From Mobula hypostoma (Eukaryota), in the NCBI RefSeq assembly GCF_963921235.1, contig NC_086098.1:8680001-8744000 (forward strand): a stretch of 64,000 nucleotides of DNA. The letters are read 5' to 3'. The notes under the pieces are model-generated. The model was given only the letters and a program-made list of their open reading frames with translations, was not told the DNA's origin and made no database searches. Positions 1-12,999 of the stretch are shown here, piece after piece. Each line of letters begins with the position of its first letter. Within the stretch, counting starts at the first letter, position 1. The translations under genes and the position numbers were made by a program.

Positions 1-500
1 ACCTTCCTGGGCGAAGCAACAGTGTACGAGCCTCTGGCACAGAGTCTGACCCTGTGGCTCAGAAGGGTAGGGAAAGGAAGACGATGGCAGCAGTGATAGG
101 GGACTCTTACAGTTAGGGGCAGGTGTGACCCAAAAGAGGTCCCAATGATTAAAAAGAAATCTGAATCCCTGCCCCCTGCGCCAACCCCTCAGCCACGCAT
201 TTATCCTCCACCTCACTCTATTCCTATATCACTGTCACGTGGCACAGGCAGTAATCCCGAGATTACTACCTTTGAGGTCCTGCTTCTCAGCTGCTTTCCT
301 AACACGCTGTAGTCTGTTTTCAGGACTTCCTCCCTTTTCCTACCTATGTCACTGGTACTAATATGTATCATGGCCTCTGGCTGTTCACCTTCCCACTTCA
401 GGATATCATGGATGTAATCAGAAACATCCCAGACCCTGGTGCCTGGGAGGCAAACTACCACCTGTGTTTCTTTCCTGCATCCACAGAATCACCTCTTTAT
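1..500. mobile_element. CR1 LINE ORF1 (SGNH/esterase-like) fragments in both orientations
   Basis: 1-115 on + reads like ORF1 ('AVIGDS'). ORF 213..461 on - gives VVCLPG...IHISTSD...VVISGLLPVP, the esterase-like ORF1 of CR1. Confidence 0.7.
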
Positions 501-529
501 TACATGCCTTTTCCAGCTCCCTTTGCCAT

Positions 530-2956
530 CTTAAGACGCGAGAGAATAGGACCAATCAGGTGTGACAGTGGAGAAGTGTGTATGGAACTGGAGGAGATGG
601 CAGAGGTACTTAATGAATATTTTGTTTCGGTATTCACTATGGAAAGGACCTTGGCGATTGTAGGGATGACTTACAGTGGACTGAAAAGCTTGAGCATATA
701 GACATTAAGAAAGAGGATATGCTGGAGCTTTTGGAAAGCATCAAATTGGATAAGTCACCGGGACAGGACGAGATATACACCAAGCTACTGTGGGAAGCGA
801 GGGAGGAGATTGCTGACCCTCTGTCAATGATCTTTGCATCATCAACGGGGATGGGAGAGGTTCCGGAGGATTGGAGGGTTGCAGATGTTGCTTCCTTAGT
901 CAAGAAAGGGAGTAGAGATATATAGGCATCCATTAGTCTCGTGAGACCATGGATTTGCACCTTGGAAGGTTTCCAGGGCGCAGGCCTGGGCAAAGGTTGT
1001 ATGGAAGACCGGCAGTTGCCCATGCTGCAAGTCTCCCCTCTCCACGCCACCGATGTTGACCAAGGGAAGGGCATTAGGACCCATACAACTTGGCACCAGT
1101 GTCGTTGCAGAGCAATATGTAGTTAAGTGCCTTGCTCAAGGACACAACACGCTGCCTCAGCTGAGGCTCGAACTAATGATCTTCAGATCACTAGACCGAT
1201 GCCTTGACCACTTGGCCACGTGCCAACTAGAGATAGCCCAGGGAATTATAGACCAGTGAGTCTTATTTCAGTGGTTGGTAAGTTGATGGAGATGATCCTG
1301 AGAGGCAGCACATTGGGAGAGGCTTAATGTGATTAGGAATAGTCAGCATGGCTTTGTCAAAGGCAGGTTGTGCCTTATGACCCTGACTGAATCTTTTTGA
1401 GGATGTGACTAAACACATTGATGAAGGTAAAGCAGTAGATGTAGTGTATATGGATTTCAACAAAGCAATTGATAAGGTACTCCATGCAAGGCTCATTGAG
1501 AAAGTAAGGAGGCATGGGATCCAAGGGGACATTGCTCTATGGATCCAGAACTGGCTTGCACACAGAAGGCAATGGGTGGTTGTAGATGGGCCATATTCTG
1601 CATGGAGGTTGGTGACCTGTGGTGTGCCTCAGGGATCTGTTCTGGGACCCCTTCTCTTCATGATTTTGATAACTGACCTAGATGAGGAAGTGGATGGATG
1701 AGTTGGTAAATTTGCTGATGACACAAAAGTTGGGTGTATTGTGGATAGTGTGGAGGGCTGTCAAAAGTTACAGCGGGACATCAATAGGATGCAAAACTGG
1801 GCTGAGGAGTATCAGATGGAGTTCAACCCAGATAAGTGTGAGACAGAAATATGATGGCAAAATTTGTATTAATGGTAAGACTCTTGGCAGTGTGGAGGAT
1901 CAGAGGGATCTTGGGGTCTTAGCCCGTAGGACACTCAAAGCTGCTGCGCAGGTTGACTCTGTGGTTAAGATGTAGGTGTATAAGATGATGAGAGGCATTG
2001 ATTGTGTGGACAGTCAGAGACTTTTTTCCAGGGCTGAAATGGCTAACACTGGAGGACACAGTTTTGAAGGTGCTTAGAAGTAGGTACAGAGGAGATGTCA
2101 GGGGTAAGTTTTTTACGCAGAGAGTGGTGAGTGTGTGGAATGAGCTGCTGGCAACGGTGGTGGAGGCAGACACGATAGGATCTTTTGAGAGACTCCTGGA
2201 TAGGTACATGGAGCTTAGAAAAATAGAGAGCTATTACCTTAGGTAATTTCTAAAGTAAGTACATGTTTCGCACAGCATTGTGGGCCAAAGGGCCTGTACT
2301 GTGCTGTAGGTTTTCTATGTTTCTAAGAAGGCATATGGTATATTGGCCTTCATCAACCGTGGGATTAAATTCAAGAGCCAAGAAGTAATGTTGCAGCTAT
2401 ATAGGACCTTGGTCAGACCCCACTTGAGTACTGTGCTCAGTTTTGGTCACCTCACTGCAGGAAGGCTGTGGAAACTATAGAAAGGGTGCAGAGGAGATTT
2501 ACAAGGATGTTGCCTGGATTAGGGAACATGCCTTATGAGAATAGGTTGAGTGAACTCAGCCTTTTCTCCTTGGAGCAACAGAGGGTGAGAGAGGACCTGA
2601 TAGAGGTGTATAAGGTGATGAGAGGCATCGATTGTGTGGATAGTCAGAGGCTTTTTCCCAGGGCTGAAATGGCTAACACGAGAGGGCACTGTTTTAAGGT
2701 GCATGGAAATAGGTACAGAGGAGATGTCAGGGGTAAATTTTTTTTATGCAGAGAGTAGTGAGTGTGTGGAATGGGCTGCGGGTGACGGTGATGAAGGCGG
2801 ATACAATAGGGTCTTTTAAGGGACTCCTGGATAAGTACATGGAGCTTAGTTCTGAGGGCTATAGGTAACCCGAGGTAACTTCTAATGTAAGTACACGTTC
2901 GGCACAGCATTGTGGGCTGAAGGGCCTGTATTGTGCGGTAGGTTTTCTATGTTTCT
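530..2956 (+). mobile_element. Degraded CR1 LINE ORF2 (RT) to 3' end, with a nested second CR1 3' fragment (~1971-2323)
   Basis: Motifs [28 protein letters not shown] and ERVQRRFTRMLPG, and a (tttctatg) tail. The nested fragment is flanked by 'taaga' at both ends. Confidence 0.9.
921..1227 (-). mobile_element. tRNA-derived SINE inserted in CR1
   Basis: The - strand head has an A box (TGGCCAAGTGG) and a B box (GTTCGAGCC). 8-bp TSD tagagata at 913-920 and 1228-1235. Same family as 39560-39770. Confidence 0.85.
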
Positions 2957-3374
2957 AAGAAAGTAAAGTTGCTGATGAGGACTGCTACATGGATCTCCAG
3001 TTTCCTCTTCCTGTCGTCAATTGCAGATCTTTGGTTTTGATGATGTTGAGTGAGAGGATGTTTTTGTGGCACCATTGAGTCAGATCTTCAATCTCTCTTC
3101 TCTATGCTGCCTTAAATATCACACTGCCGCCAACAACAGCAAACTTAAATATGGTATTAGAGCTGTACTTAGCCTCATAGTCATAAATATAAAGTGAGTA
3201 CAATTATAAACGCAAGAAAAACATGCTAACTGAAAGTGTTGAAGCAGAGGAAATCCACATTAATCCTATCATATGAAGATATGAAAGAAAAATTTAGTTA
3301 CAAGAGGAAGCTGAATGAAACATGACTTTATGCTGATGTGCAAGGTGTTACTTTAAGAAAAGTTGACTGCATAG

Positions 3375-3926
3375 CAACATAGAAACATAGAAAATAGGTG
3401 CAGGAGTAGGCCATTCGGCCCTTCGAGCCTGCACTGCCATTCAGTATGATCATGGCTGATCATCCAACTCAGAACCCTGTACCAGCCTTCCCTCCATACC
3501 CCCTGATCCCTTTAGCCACAAGGGCCATATCTAACTCCCTCTTAAGTATAGCCAATGAACTGGCCTCAACTATTTCCTGTGGCAGAGAATTCCACAGATT
3601 CACCACTCTCTGTGTGAAGAAGCTTTTCCTCATCTCGGTCCTAAAAGGCTTCCCCTTTATCCTTAAACTGTGACCCCTCGTTCTGGACTTCCCCAACATC
3701 GAGAACAATCTTCCTACATCTAGCCTGTCCAATCCCTTTCGGATTTTATACGCTTCAATAAGATCCCCCCTCAGTCTTCTAAATTCCAGAGAGTATAAGC
3801 CTAGTCGATCCAGTCTTTCATCATATGAAAGTCCTGCCATCCCAAGAATCAATCTGGTGAACCTTCTTTGTACTCCCTCTATGGCAAGAATGTCTTTCCT
3901 CAGATTAGGGGGCCAAAACTGCACAT
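3375..3926 (-). mobile_element. CR1 3' fragment (young subfamily)
   Basis: ORF 3469..3924 QFWPPNLRKDILAIEGVQRRFTRLI. Near-identical to 7791-8267 and 29244-29816. Confidence 0.9.
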
Positions 3927-4282
3927 TTTATGTTTAATACAGATTTGATGACGAACAGACTTGTGTATAAATTAGTACAACGTAATTTACTTAAAGATAA
4001 TCATAGGTGAAATGATTTTGTAGTTCAGGTAAAATTTTGAAATCACTAAAGTTGCAGTTCTTTGCTTTGTTGCTGACAGAGGATAATTAGTTCTTTATGG
4101 AGGAATGAGTTGATTGAATTTCATCTTCTATTGGTCACTGGCTTCAGGAATCATTGGCTGCTGTGTGGTGTGTTGTGCTGTTTGTATTTGTATTGTAGTT
4201 GTCTCACTCTGATCTTGTCTTGATCTTGGTGACTATTGTTAGAAATTTCAGCGGCAAATTGAATCAGTAAAGCAGCAGAAAA

Positions 4283-4960
4283 GCCCAGAATCAGAATCAA
4301 ATTTACTATCAGTGACAAAAGTCGTGAAATTTGTTGTTATACAGCAGCAGTGCATTGCAATACAAAACAATAAAAACTGTAAATTACAGTAACTATATAT
4401 TAAAAAACTAAATAAGTAGTTCAAAAAGAGAGGTAGTTTTCATGAGTTCGTTGTCCTTTCAGAAATCAGATGGCAGAGGTGAAGACTCTGTTCCTGAATC
4501 ATTGAGTGTCTGCCTCAACGGCTACTGGGTCTCTTTCCTGATGGTAGCAATGAGAAGAGGGCATGTCCCAAATAATGGGGGACCTTAATGATATATGGTG
4601 ACTTTTTGAGGTATCACTCCTTGAAGATGTCCTGGATGCTCGGGTGGCTGGTCCTTATGATGGGGCTGACTGAATTTACAACTTTCTGCAGCTTGTTTTG
4701 ATCCTGTGCAGTGCTTCCCTCCCATACTAGACAGTGATGCAGCCATTTAGAATGCTCTCCACGGTACATCTGTAAAAATTAACAAGTGTCCTTGGTGATG
4801 TATCAGTTTTCCTCAGACTCTAATGAAATATAGCCATTGTGATGCCTTTTTTGTAGCTGCATCAATATGTTGGGCCCAGGATAAATCCTCAGAGATCTTG
4901 ACACTGAGGAACTTGAACTTGAAATACTTCTAATCTTTCGATGAGGGTGTGTGCTCCCTT
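4283..4960 (-). mobile_element. Rex1/Babar-like LINE 3' fragment
   Basis: Has a (tgattc)n tail on the - strand and a body homologous to 29222-30503, which encodes the 'ESILTGCITV' RT C-terminus. Similar fragments lie at ~6036-6450, ~10760-11110, ~17620-18210 and ~51370-51900. Confidence 0.7.
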
Positions 4961-5009
4961 GTCTTACCTTGTCTTCCTTCTCATGTCGTTATTGAACACT
5001 AATCATTCA

Positions 5010-5920
5010 CAGTTAAAGCTGGAAAAAGTATGCAAACCCTTGTGTTTAATAACTGGTAGAACCTCCTTTAGCAGCAATAATCTCCACCAAACATTTCTTG
5101 TAGTTGCTGATCAGACAATGGCGAGGAGGAATTTTAGACTATTCCTCCATACAAAACTGTTTCAGTTCATCAATATTTCTGGGATACCTTGCATGAACAG
5201 CCCTCTTCAGGTCATGCCACAGCATCTCAATTGGGTTAAGGTCTGGACTCTGACTTGGCCATTCCAAAACACAAATATTCTTCTTTTTAAACCATTCTGT
5301 TGATTTACTATTTTGTTTCGGATCCTTGTTTTGTTACATCATAAAACTTCTATTAAGGTTGAAGTGACAGACTGCTACCCTGACATTCTCCTGTAAAGCG
5401 TCTTGATAAAATTTTGAATTCATTGTTCTCTCAACGATTGCAAGCTGTCCAGGCGATGAGGCAGCAAAGAAGCCCCAAACCATGCTTCACAGTTGGGATG
5501 AGGTTTTGGTGTTGGTGTGCAGTGCCCTTTTTCCTCCAAAATTAGCAGTGTGCATTTCTGCCAATAAGTTCAACTTTTGTCTCATTTGTCTCAGAAGTGT
5601 TGTAGAACATCCAGATGGTCTTTTGAAGACTTGAGATGTGCAGCAGTATTTTTATTGAAGAGCAGTGGTTTCCTCCGTGGTGTCCTTCCATGAGGACCAT
5701 TCTTGTTCTGTTTTTATAGTGGACACATGAACAGAGACTTTAGAAAGTTCTAGAGATTTCTGCAGGTCTTTTGAACCCTTGGGTTCTTTTTCATCTCCTT
5801 CAGCATTGCGCATTGTGCTCTTGGTGTGATCTTTGCAGGATGCCCACTCCTAGGGAGAGTAGCAACAGTACTGAGTTTCTTTCATTTGTAAACAGTTTCT
5901 CTTACTGTGGACTGATGAAC
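5010..5920 (-). mobile_element. Tc1/mariner DNA transposon fragment
   Basis: TIR-like start cag..aaaaagtatgcaaaccct. The internal sequence (ARRNFR.FLHTK on +) is shared with the TIR element at 46850-47321. Confidence 0.65.
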
Positions 5921-7517
5921 AGAATGTCTTGGACCGCTTCGCTTTCCACAGATATTGCTTGATCCGTAACGTTTCTTGTGCTTTTGTTTTTATTATAGAG
6001 ATCAGCCATTCTCTTACTGAATGATGGAGCGGGCATCAGAATCAGGTTTAATATCACTGATAGATGTTCTGAAATTCGTTCTTTTGTGGCAGCATTGCAG
6101 TGCAATACATAAAAAATACTACAAATTTCAATAAAAATGAATATATAAAATATGTGGTGGAAAATGAGAACAAAAACAGTGAAGTAGTGCACATGGGTTC
6201 ATTGTTTATTCAGAAATCTGATGGTGGAAGGGAAGAAGCTGTTCCTAAAATATTAAGTGTGTGACTTCAGGCTCCTGTACCTCTTCCCTGATGGTAGAAA
6301 TGAGAAGAGAGCACATCTTGAGTAATGAGGGTCCTCAATAATATATGCCACCTTTTTGAGGCATTGTCTTTTGAAGGTGTCCTCGGTGTTCGGAGAATGG
6401 TGCTGGCTAAGCTTGCAACCCTCTGGTAGTGGCCCTTCCATACCAGGCTGAATGGCCAACTCCTCCCTCGTTTTATGTTCTCGTGTATCATTTCAAAAGA
6501 TTTTAAATCAACCTGAAAAAAATTAAATTTGTGGCAAAACTGGTTTTACTAGTTCATAAGAGTTAATGTTCTAAAGTGGTTAAGGTTTTACCTGCCATCT
6601 GTTCTTCCAATTGAGAATAATATTTCATATTTCTTTGGAAAGATTTCTCATTGCGCAATATAAACAGAATGCTGGACAAAGTACATTTATTATCGAAGTA
6701 TGTATGCTACATGCAACCTTGAGATTTGCCTCCTTACATGCAGCCGCGAAATAAAGAAACCCAGTAGAATCCATTTAAATAAAAGACTGTCAAACACCCA
6801 GTGTGAAGAAAAAAGCAAATCGTGCAAACAATAAAAGTAATAAGGTAACAACATTCAGAATCAAAGTTCACGCAAGTGAGTCCACAGCCATGAAGCCAGT
6901 CACAGCCGATTAATTGCAGACCGCAGTCTCAATTCAGAGACAAGTAAATCTCACAGAGCAGCGAGCTGAACTAGCACTGAAATTGGCCAAACCTTGGGTT
7001 TGAAATATAGATAGATATATGATGCATGTGACAGCAATAAATGTCATAGTTCATTTTTATTTAATCTTGTGAATAGATTGGGCACCATACTGTTCTTTAC
7101 TCTGTATTTAAGACTATGATTATATTTACTTTATAAGGAATCAGGAATCAGCCCTATAGTAGTCCATTGATCTGCACCTGGATTATAGCCTTCCATACCC
7201 CATCATCCATGTACCTCTGTACCTAATTTCTCTTAAACATTGAAATCAAACCCACATGCACGACTTATGCTGGCACCTCGTTCCACACTCTCACCACCCT
7301 CTTGAGCAAATAAGTTTCCCTTCTTGTTCCCCTTAAACATTTCACCTTTTACCTTTAATTCATGACCCTAGTTCTTGTCTCACCCAACCTCAGTGGAAAA
7401 AGATCTGCTTGTATTTGCCCTATCCAATTCCCTTATAATTTTGTATACCTCTATCCCCTTAATCTGCTACGTTCTTGGAAATAGATTCTTAACCTATTCA
7501 ACCTTTCTTTATTACAA

Positions 7518-7677
7518 CAGGAATTCTGCAGATGCTGGAAATTCAAGCAACACACATCAAAGTTGCTGGTGAACGCAGCAGGCCAGGCAGCATCTATAGG
7601 AAGAGGCGCAGTCGACGTTTCAGGCTGAGACCCTTTGTCAGGACTGCTGCGTTCACCAGCAACTTTGATGTGTGTTG
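7518..7677 (-). mobile_element. Penelope pLTR-derived fold-back mini-insertion with degenerate hammerhead
   Basis: 15-bp TSD ctttctttattacaa at 7503-7517 and 7678-7692. The - strand pLTR runs through the hammerhead (core mutated to CTGACAA), followed by a short inverted arm ending gtgtgttg. Confidence 0.9.
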
Positions 7678-7790
7678 CTTTCTTTATTACAATTGTGTTT
7701 AAGCTTGACTAGTAATTTGTTATTGCTCAGAAGCTAACGCTTCTGTTGCCTCTGGCAATGCATGTTCTTTCTTGTGTAGAAGTCTGTAGA

Positions 7791-8267
7791 ATTGATTCCT
7801 GGGATGGCAGGACTTTCATACGACGAAAGACTGGATGAACTGGGTTTGTACTCGTTGGAATTTAGAAGATTGAGGGGGGGATCTGATTGAAACGTATAAG
7901 ATCCTAAAGGGATTGGACAGGCTAGATGCAGGAAGATTGTTCCCGATGTTGGGGAAGTCCAGAACAAGGGGTCACAGTTTGAGGATAAAGGGGAAGCCTT
8001 TTAGGGCCGAGATTAGGAAAAACTTCTTCACACAGAGAGTGGTGAATCTGTGGAATTCTCTGCCACAGGAAACAGTTGAGGCCAGTTCATTGGCTATATT
8101 TAAGAGGGAGTTAGATATGGCCCTTGTGGCTACGGGGATCAGGGGGTATGGAGGGAAGGCTGGGGCGGGGTTCTGAGTTGGATGATCAGCCATCATCATA
8201 ATAAATGGCGGTGCAGGCTCGAAGGGCTGAATGGCCTACTCCTGCACCTATTTTCTATGTTTCTATG
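7791..8267 (+). mobile_element. CR1 3' fragment (young subfamily)
   Basis: ORF 7913..8176 RTRGHSLRIKG...FFTQRVVNLWNSLP, and a tttctatg tail. Confidence 0.9.
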
Positions 8268-8324
8268 AATTCAAACTGTGGAGATCAGCTGTGTGGTATT
8301 TAAGCTCTGCTATCATCCAGTTCA

Positions 8325-8706
8325 GGTGGCAGAGTGGAGATGCGTCTCAGAGGAAAGGAGGTGTAAGGTGTTCTTTCCCTCCGCTAGTCTGCAGGTCACC
8401 CTTGGGCAAGGTGTAGCACCTGCTTAGCCCCCCATCCCAATCAGGGTTATGTGAAGCCATGGGAGCAGGTGGTGGATAGTTGTATGAGCAGTTGGTGCAT
8501 ATCGCAAGTCTTGGTTATGTGACCACTGACTGCAGGCAATCTCTGGAGAGTATTATTAATGGCTGGGGTTACCTGTCTTGTAAAGACACTGCCCAGAAGA
8601 AGACAATGGCAAACCACTTCTGAAGAAGAATTTGGCAAGAACAATCATGGTCATGGACAGCCCATGATCATCCATGCCCTATGACATGGAACATAATGAT
8701 GATGAT
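8325..8706 (+). mobile_element. SINE-like repeat with (gat)n tail; second copy at ~15600-16275 is interrupted by a CR1 3' end (~15815-16040)
   Basis: The two copies share gctagyctgcaggtcaccctt...gcaaggtgtagcacctgc and ...ttgscaagaacaatcatggtcatgga. Confidence 0.7.
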
Positions 8707-9140
8707 ATAACTGTATGTACTAAAATATGCCTTTTGATTTTGTGTTTTATATTGTGTTTTTGCTTTTTTTTTGTTGCTGTTTGCACTTTTTTGCATGTAG
8801 GAGGAGGGAGGTTTGATATTTGATGTTTTGCTTTGAATGGATTGGTTCCATGGTTCTGCTTTGTTTCATGACTGACTGTGGGAAGACAAATTTCAGGGTT
8901 GTATACTGCATATATATTTTGATAAATGTACTATGAAGCTTTGAAACCTGACACCATACTTTCATGGCTTTTGTTATTGCCAAACTATTAAAGCTGACAT
9001 AATAAAAAGAGAACTGTCTGCGTGCAAAATCTTCAAATGCTTGCATCACAAGATTTAGCCCCCTGGGCATTATTTGAACATCCGCATGCACAACTTATGC
9101 TGGCACCTCGTTCCACACTCTCACCACCCTCTTGAGCAAA

Positions 9141-10253
9141 AAAAGGATTAAATCAGAGAGGACAGGAAAATTTTTCATTGGGGAAGGGCAAATTATGAGG
9201 CTATAAGGCTAGAACTTGCAGGTGTGAACTGGGATGATGTTTTTGCAGGGAAATGTACTATGGACATGTGGTCGATGTTTAGGGATCTCTTGCAGGATGT
9301 TGGGGATAAATTTGTCCTGGTGAGGAAGTTAAAGAATGGTAGGGTGAAGGAACCATGGGTGACAAGTGAGTTGGAAAATCTAGTCAGGAGGAAGAAGTCA
9401 GCATACATGAGGTTTAGGAAGCAAGGATCAGATGGGTCTATTGAGGAATATAGGGAAGCAAGAAAGGAGCTTAAGAGGGGGCTGAGAAGAGCAAGAAGGG
9501 GGCATGAGAAGGCCTTGGCGAGTAGGGTAAAGGAAAACCCCAAGACATTCTTCAATTATGTGAAGAACAAAAGGATGACAAGAGTGAAGGTAGGACCGAT
9601 GAGAGATAAAGGTGGGAAGATGTGCCTGGAGGCTGTGGAAGTGAGCGAGGTCCTCAATGAATACTTCTCTTTGGTATTCACCAATGAGAGGAAATTTGAT
9701 GACGGTGAGGACAATATGAGTGAGGTTGATGTTCTAGAGCATGTTGATATTAAGGGAGAGGAGGTGTTGGAGTTGTTAAAATACATTAGGATGGATAAGT
9801 CTCCTGGGCCTGACGGAATATTCCCCAGGCTGCTCCACGAGGAGAGGGAAGATATTGCTGAGCCTCTGGCTAGGATCTTTATGTCCTCGTTGTCCATGGG
9901 AATGGTACTGAAGGATTGGAGGGAGGCGAATGTTGTCCCCTTGTTCAAAAAAGGTAGTAGAGATAGTCCGGGTAATTATAGACCAGTGAGCCTTACATCT
10001 GTGGTGGGAAAACTGTTGGAAAAGATTCTTAGAGATCGGATCTGTGGGCATTTGGAGAATCATGGTCTGATCAGGGACAGTCAGCATGGCGTTGTGAAGG
10101 GCAGATCGTGTCTAACAAGCCTGATAGAGTTCTTTGAGGAGGTGACCAGACATAGAGATGAGGGTAGTGCTGTGGATTTGATCTGCATGGATTTTAGTAA
10201 GGCACCTGACAAGGTTCCACACGGTAGGCTTATTCAGAAAGTCAGAAGGCATG
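9141..10253 (+). mobile_element. CR1 ORF2 internal fragment (RT N-terminal half)
   Basis: ORF 9224..10306 has KSPGPDG, NYRPVSLTS, SQHG..KGRSCLTSL and MDFSKA. Confidence 0.92.
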
Positions 10254-10837
10254 AACATAAAAGGATTCCACTATTTGAAGAGCAGGGAGATTACTGGATG
10301 CTGTAACCAGTGGATAACCTGTGTTAACTCTGATTCTCAACATCAGACTAGAAATAAACACGAGGGGAACTATTTCACTCAGAGGGAGGTGAGAGTGAGG
10401 ATGAGCTGCCAGCACAAGTGGTGGATGCTGCTTCTATCAACTGTTTTTGCACTTCTGTCTATCCCGGAGAATGGTAACTGGGTGAGAGATGATTTGGGGA
10501 GATATTGAAATTTATTACAAATGTCAAATTGGACAATGCAATAGCAAGTGGTGGGGTACTGAATAGCATTTCAATAGGCTAGGAGTTAAATTCCTTGTAC
10601 TTCTTGGCCCCTAAGTTGTACAACAAAATCAGTTCACTTGTAGATCCATCCATTTGATGTTTTACCTGCTGTAATTGTACAGCCCAGACACAGCAGATTT
10701 GTGTTTGGCTGCAAAATACCTTTGTAATACTTATTGCGTGGATTAATAAAGTTCATGAATTTCAGAATCCAGTTTAATATCACTGGCATTTGCCATTAAA
10801 TTTAATTGTAATGCATAGTAATATATATAAAAAAAAT

Positions 10838-10892
10838 ATACACACACACACACACACACACACACCCACCCACCCCTATATATATATATATA
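10838..10892. repeat. (CA)n/(TA)n microsatellite
   Basis: Directly visible dinucleotide runs. Confidence 0.9.
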
Positions 10893-11124
10893 AATAAACT
10901 AGTGGAAAAAGAGAGCAAAAATAAAAAGGTAGTGTTCACGGGTTGAATGTTCATTCAGAGAGGAAGAAGCTGTTGCTGAAATGCTGAGTGTGTGTTGTAG
11001 GGAGCCTATACCTCCTCTCTGATGATAGCAATCAGAAGAGGTCATGTCCTGGGTGATGGTGGTCCTTAATGATAGATGCTGCCTTTTTGAAGCCTCGCTC
11101 CTTGAAGATTTTGAGGCATTGTCC

Positions 11125-11520
11125 TTGGAGTGATGGAGGATGAGAGCTGACCTGATAGAGGTGTATAAGATGATGAGAGGAATTGATTGTTTGGATAACC
11201 AGAGGCTTTTTCCCAGGTTTCAAATGGCTAACACAAGGGGGCATAGTTTTAAGGTGCTTGGAAGTAGGTACAGAGGGGATGTCAGGGGTAAGTTTTTCAC
11301 ACAGGGAGTGATGGGTATGTGGAATGCACTGCTGGCGATGGTGATGGAGGCAGATACAATAGGGTATTTTAAGAGACTCTTCGATAGATACATGGAGCTT
11401 AGAAAAATAGAGGGCTATGCACTAGGGAAATTCTCGGCAGTTTCTAGAGTAGATCACATGCTTGGCACAGCGTTGTGGGCTGCAGAGCCTGTAATGTGCT
11501 GCAGGTTTCTATGTTCTGTG
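11125..11520 (+). mobile_element. CR1 3' fragment nested in a Rex1-like fragment
   Basis: ORF 11140 MRADLIEVYKMMRG...TRGH, with a tttctatgtt tail. Confidence 0.85.
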
Positions 11521-12254
11521 TCCTGGGTGTTGGGGAGGCTAGTGCCAATGATGAAGCTGGTTGAGTTTACAGCCATCAATCTCTGAGGATCATCACCCTG
11601 TCATGGAGAGTTCCTGAGATCGTGAAAACGATGCCATCTGGAGCTAAGCTCCTGGTAGGGTCATTGATGGCAATAAGGTCAAAGGTGAGATTCCAAACAA
11701 AGAGTGATCCAACCAAGACCTCAACAGAAGATGATGACACATCAGAACGGCAGTGAAGGCGAATGAAGGCTGCAGCAGTGAAAGCTCCTCAGTCGCCTTA
11801 TAGTCCATGCCACTGGCCCTAACCATGATTTGTCAAGAACAACATGGTGGCTGCCCATGCATCAGCCTCTCCTCATTGAACAACGTCACCTACTGGCATT
11901 CTCTACCTTAATAGAGAATATCGTACTCGACTTGCGTGAAGGCACTACTACTGCAGCAACCTTGGGCAGCCTTTTCTGATTCTGTGCAGTGGTCCCTCCA
12001 TATCACATGGTGATCAATTTGAGTGTTCTGCTGAAGGGCCATAAAACTATAAAGGCACGCAGTCAATCTGTCAGTGTAAATGATCTCGGTGCTTTTTCTG
12101 ATGGCTTCATGCATTAGAGTATCTGCCAAAAATCATAACTTGAAATGAACTTCAGCCATCCAAAATAAGACTAGACCAAAATAAGGAGGATGCTTTATAA
12201 CTGGCTTTGCTTTTGTCAAAAGCAGAAATGTCAGTGTGTAGCAAATTTGAGAGT

Positions 12255-12865
12255 TTTTTTTAGATTATGAAGACACGTAGTCCTCTTCTATTGTCATTTA
12301 GTAATGCATGTATTAAGAAATGATACATTATTTCCTCCGGTGTGATATCACAAAACACAGGACAGACCAAGACTGAAAAAACTGACAAAACCACATAATT
12401 ATAACGTGTAGTTACAACAGTGCACAATACCATAACTTAATGAAGAAGTCCGTGAGCACAGTAAAGTTCAAAGTTTCTCAAATGTCCCATATCTCACACA
12501 GACGGGAGAAGGAAGAAAAACTATCCCTCCCATACCCGACCACAGTCCGACTCTGAGTCATCCGAAAATTTCGAGCTCTGATCAGCTCTCCGACACCGAG
12601 TACTGAGCGCCATCTCTGTCTGAACGATTCGACCTCCTTCTCGGTCACCAAAAGCAGGCAAGGCCAGGGGTTTTGAGGCCTACCCTCCGAAAGATTCCCG
12701 ACCACACAGTAACGACGGCAGCGAACAGGCATTTCAGAAATTTCTGCAGATGTTCCTCTGTGCTATCAAATCAGAATTGTCCACGACCCCTATTTAACAG
12801 ATACAATATCATTTTTCACCGGAGGGCTGCGCACACGCAGGCGTGCCGCCATCTTCTCCTCCCGA
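12255..12865 (-). mobile_element. Non-autonomous retroposon (AAGATGGCGG 5' head, A-rich 3' end); second copy at 42930-43620
   Basis: Both copies begin ttttttagattatga.gacac..agtcctc..tattgtcatttag on + and end gccgccatcttctcctc; the internal sequence is collinear. Confidence 0.75.
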
Positions 12866-12999
12866 TTTTGAGGAATCGTGTGTTGGTGTAAAATTGCTCC
12901 CCATTTCAACTTTCAGATGCTTGGTTTTGTAAAACGTGCAACATAAAATATAGATTAATAAACAAGTGGTCCTTTTAAATGTAATGTGCACACCTTCCT

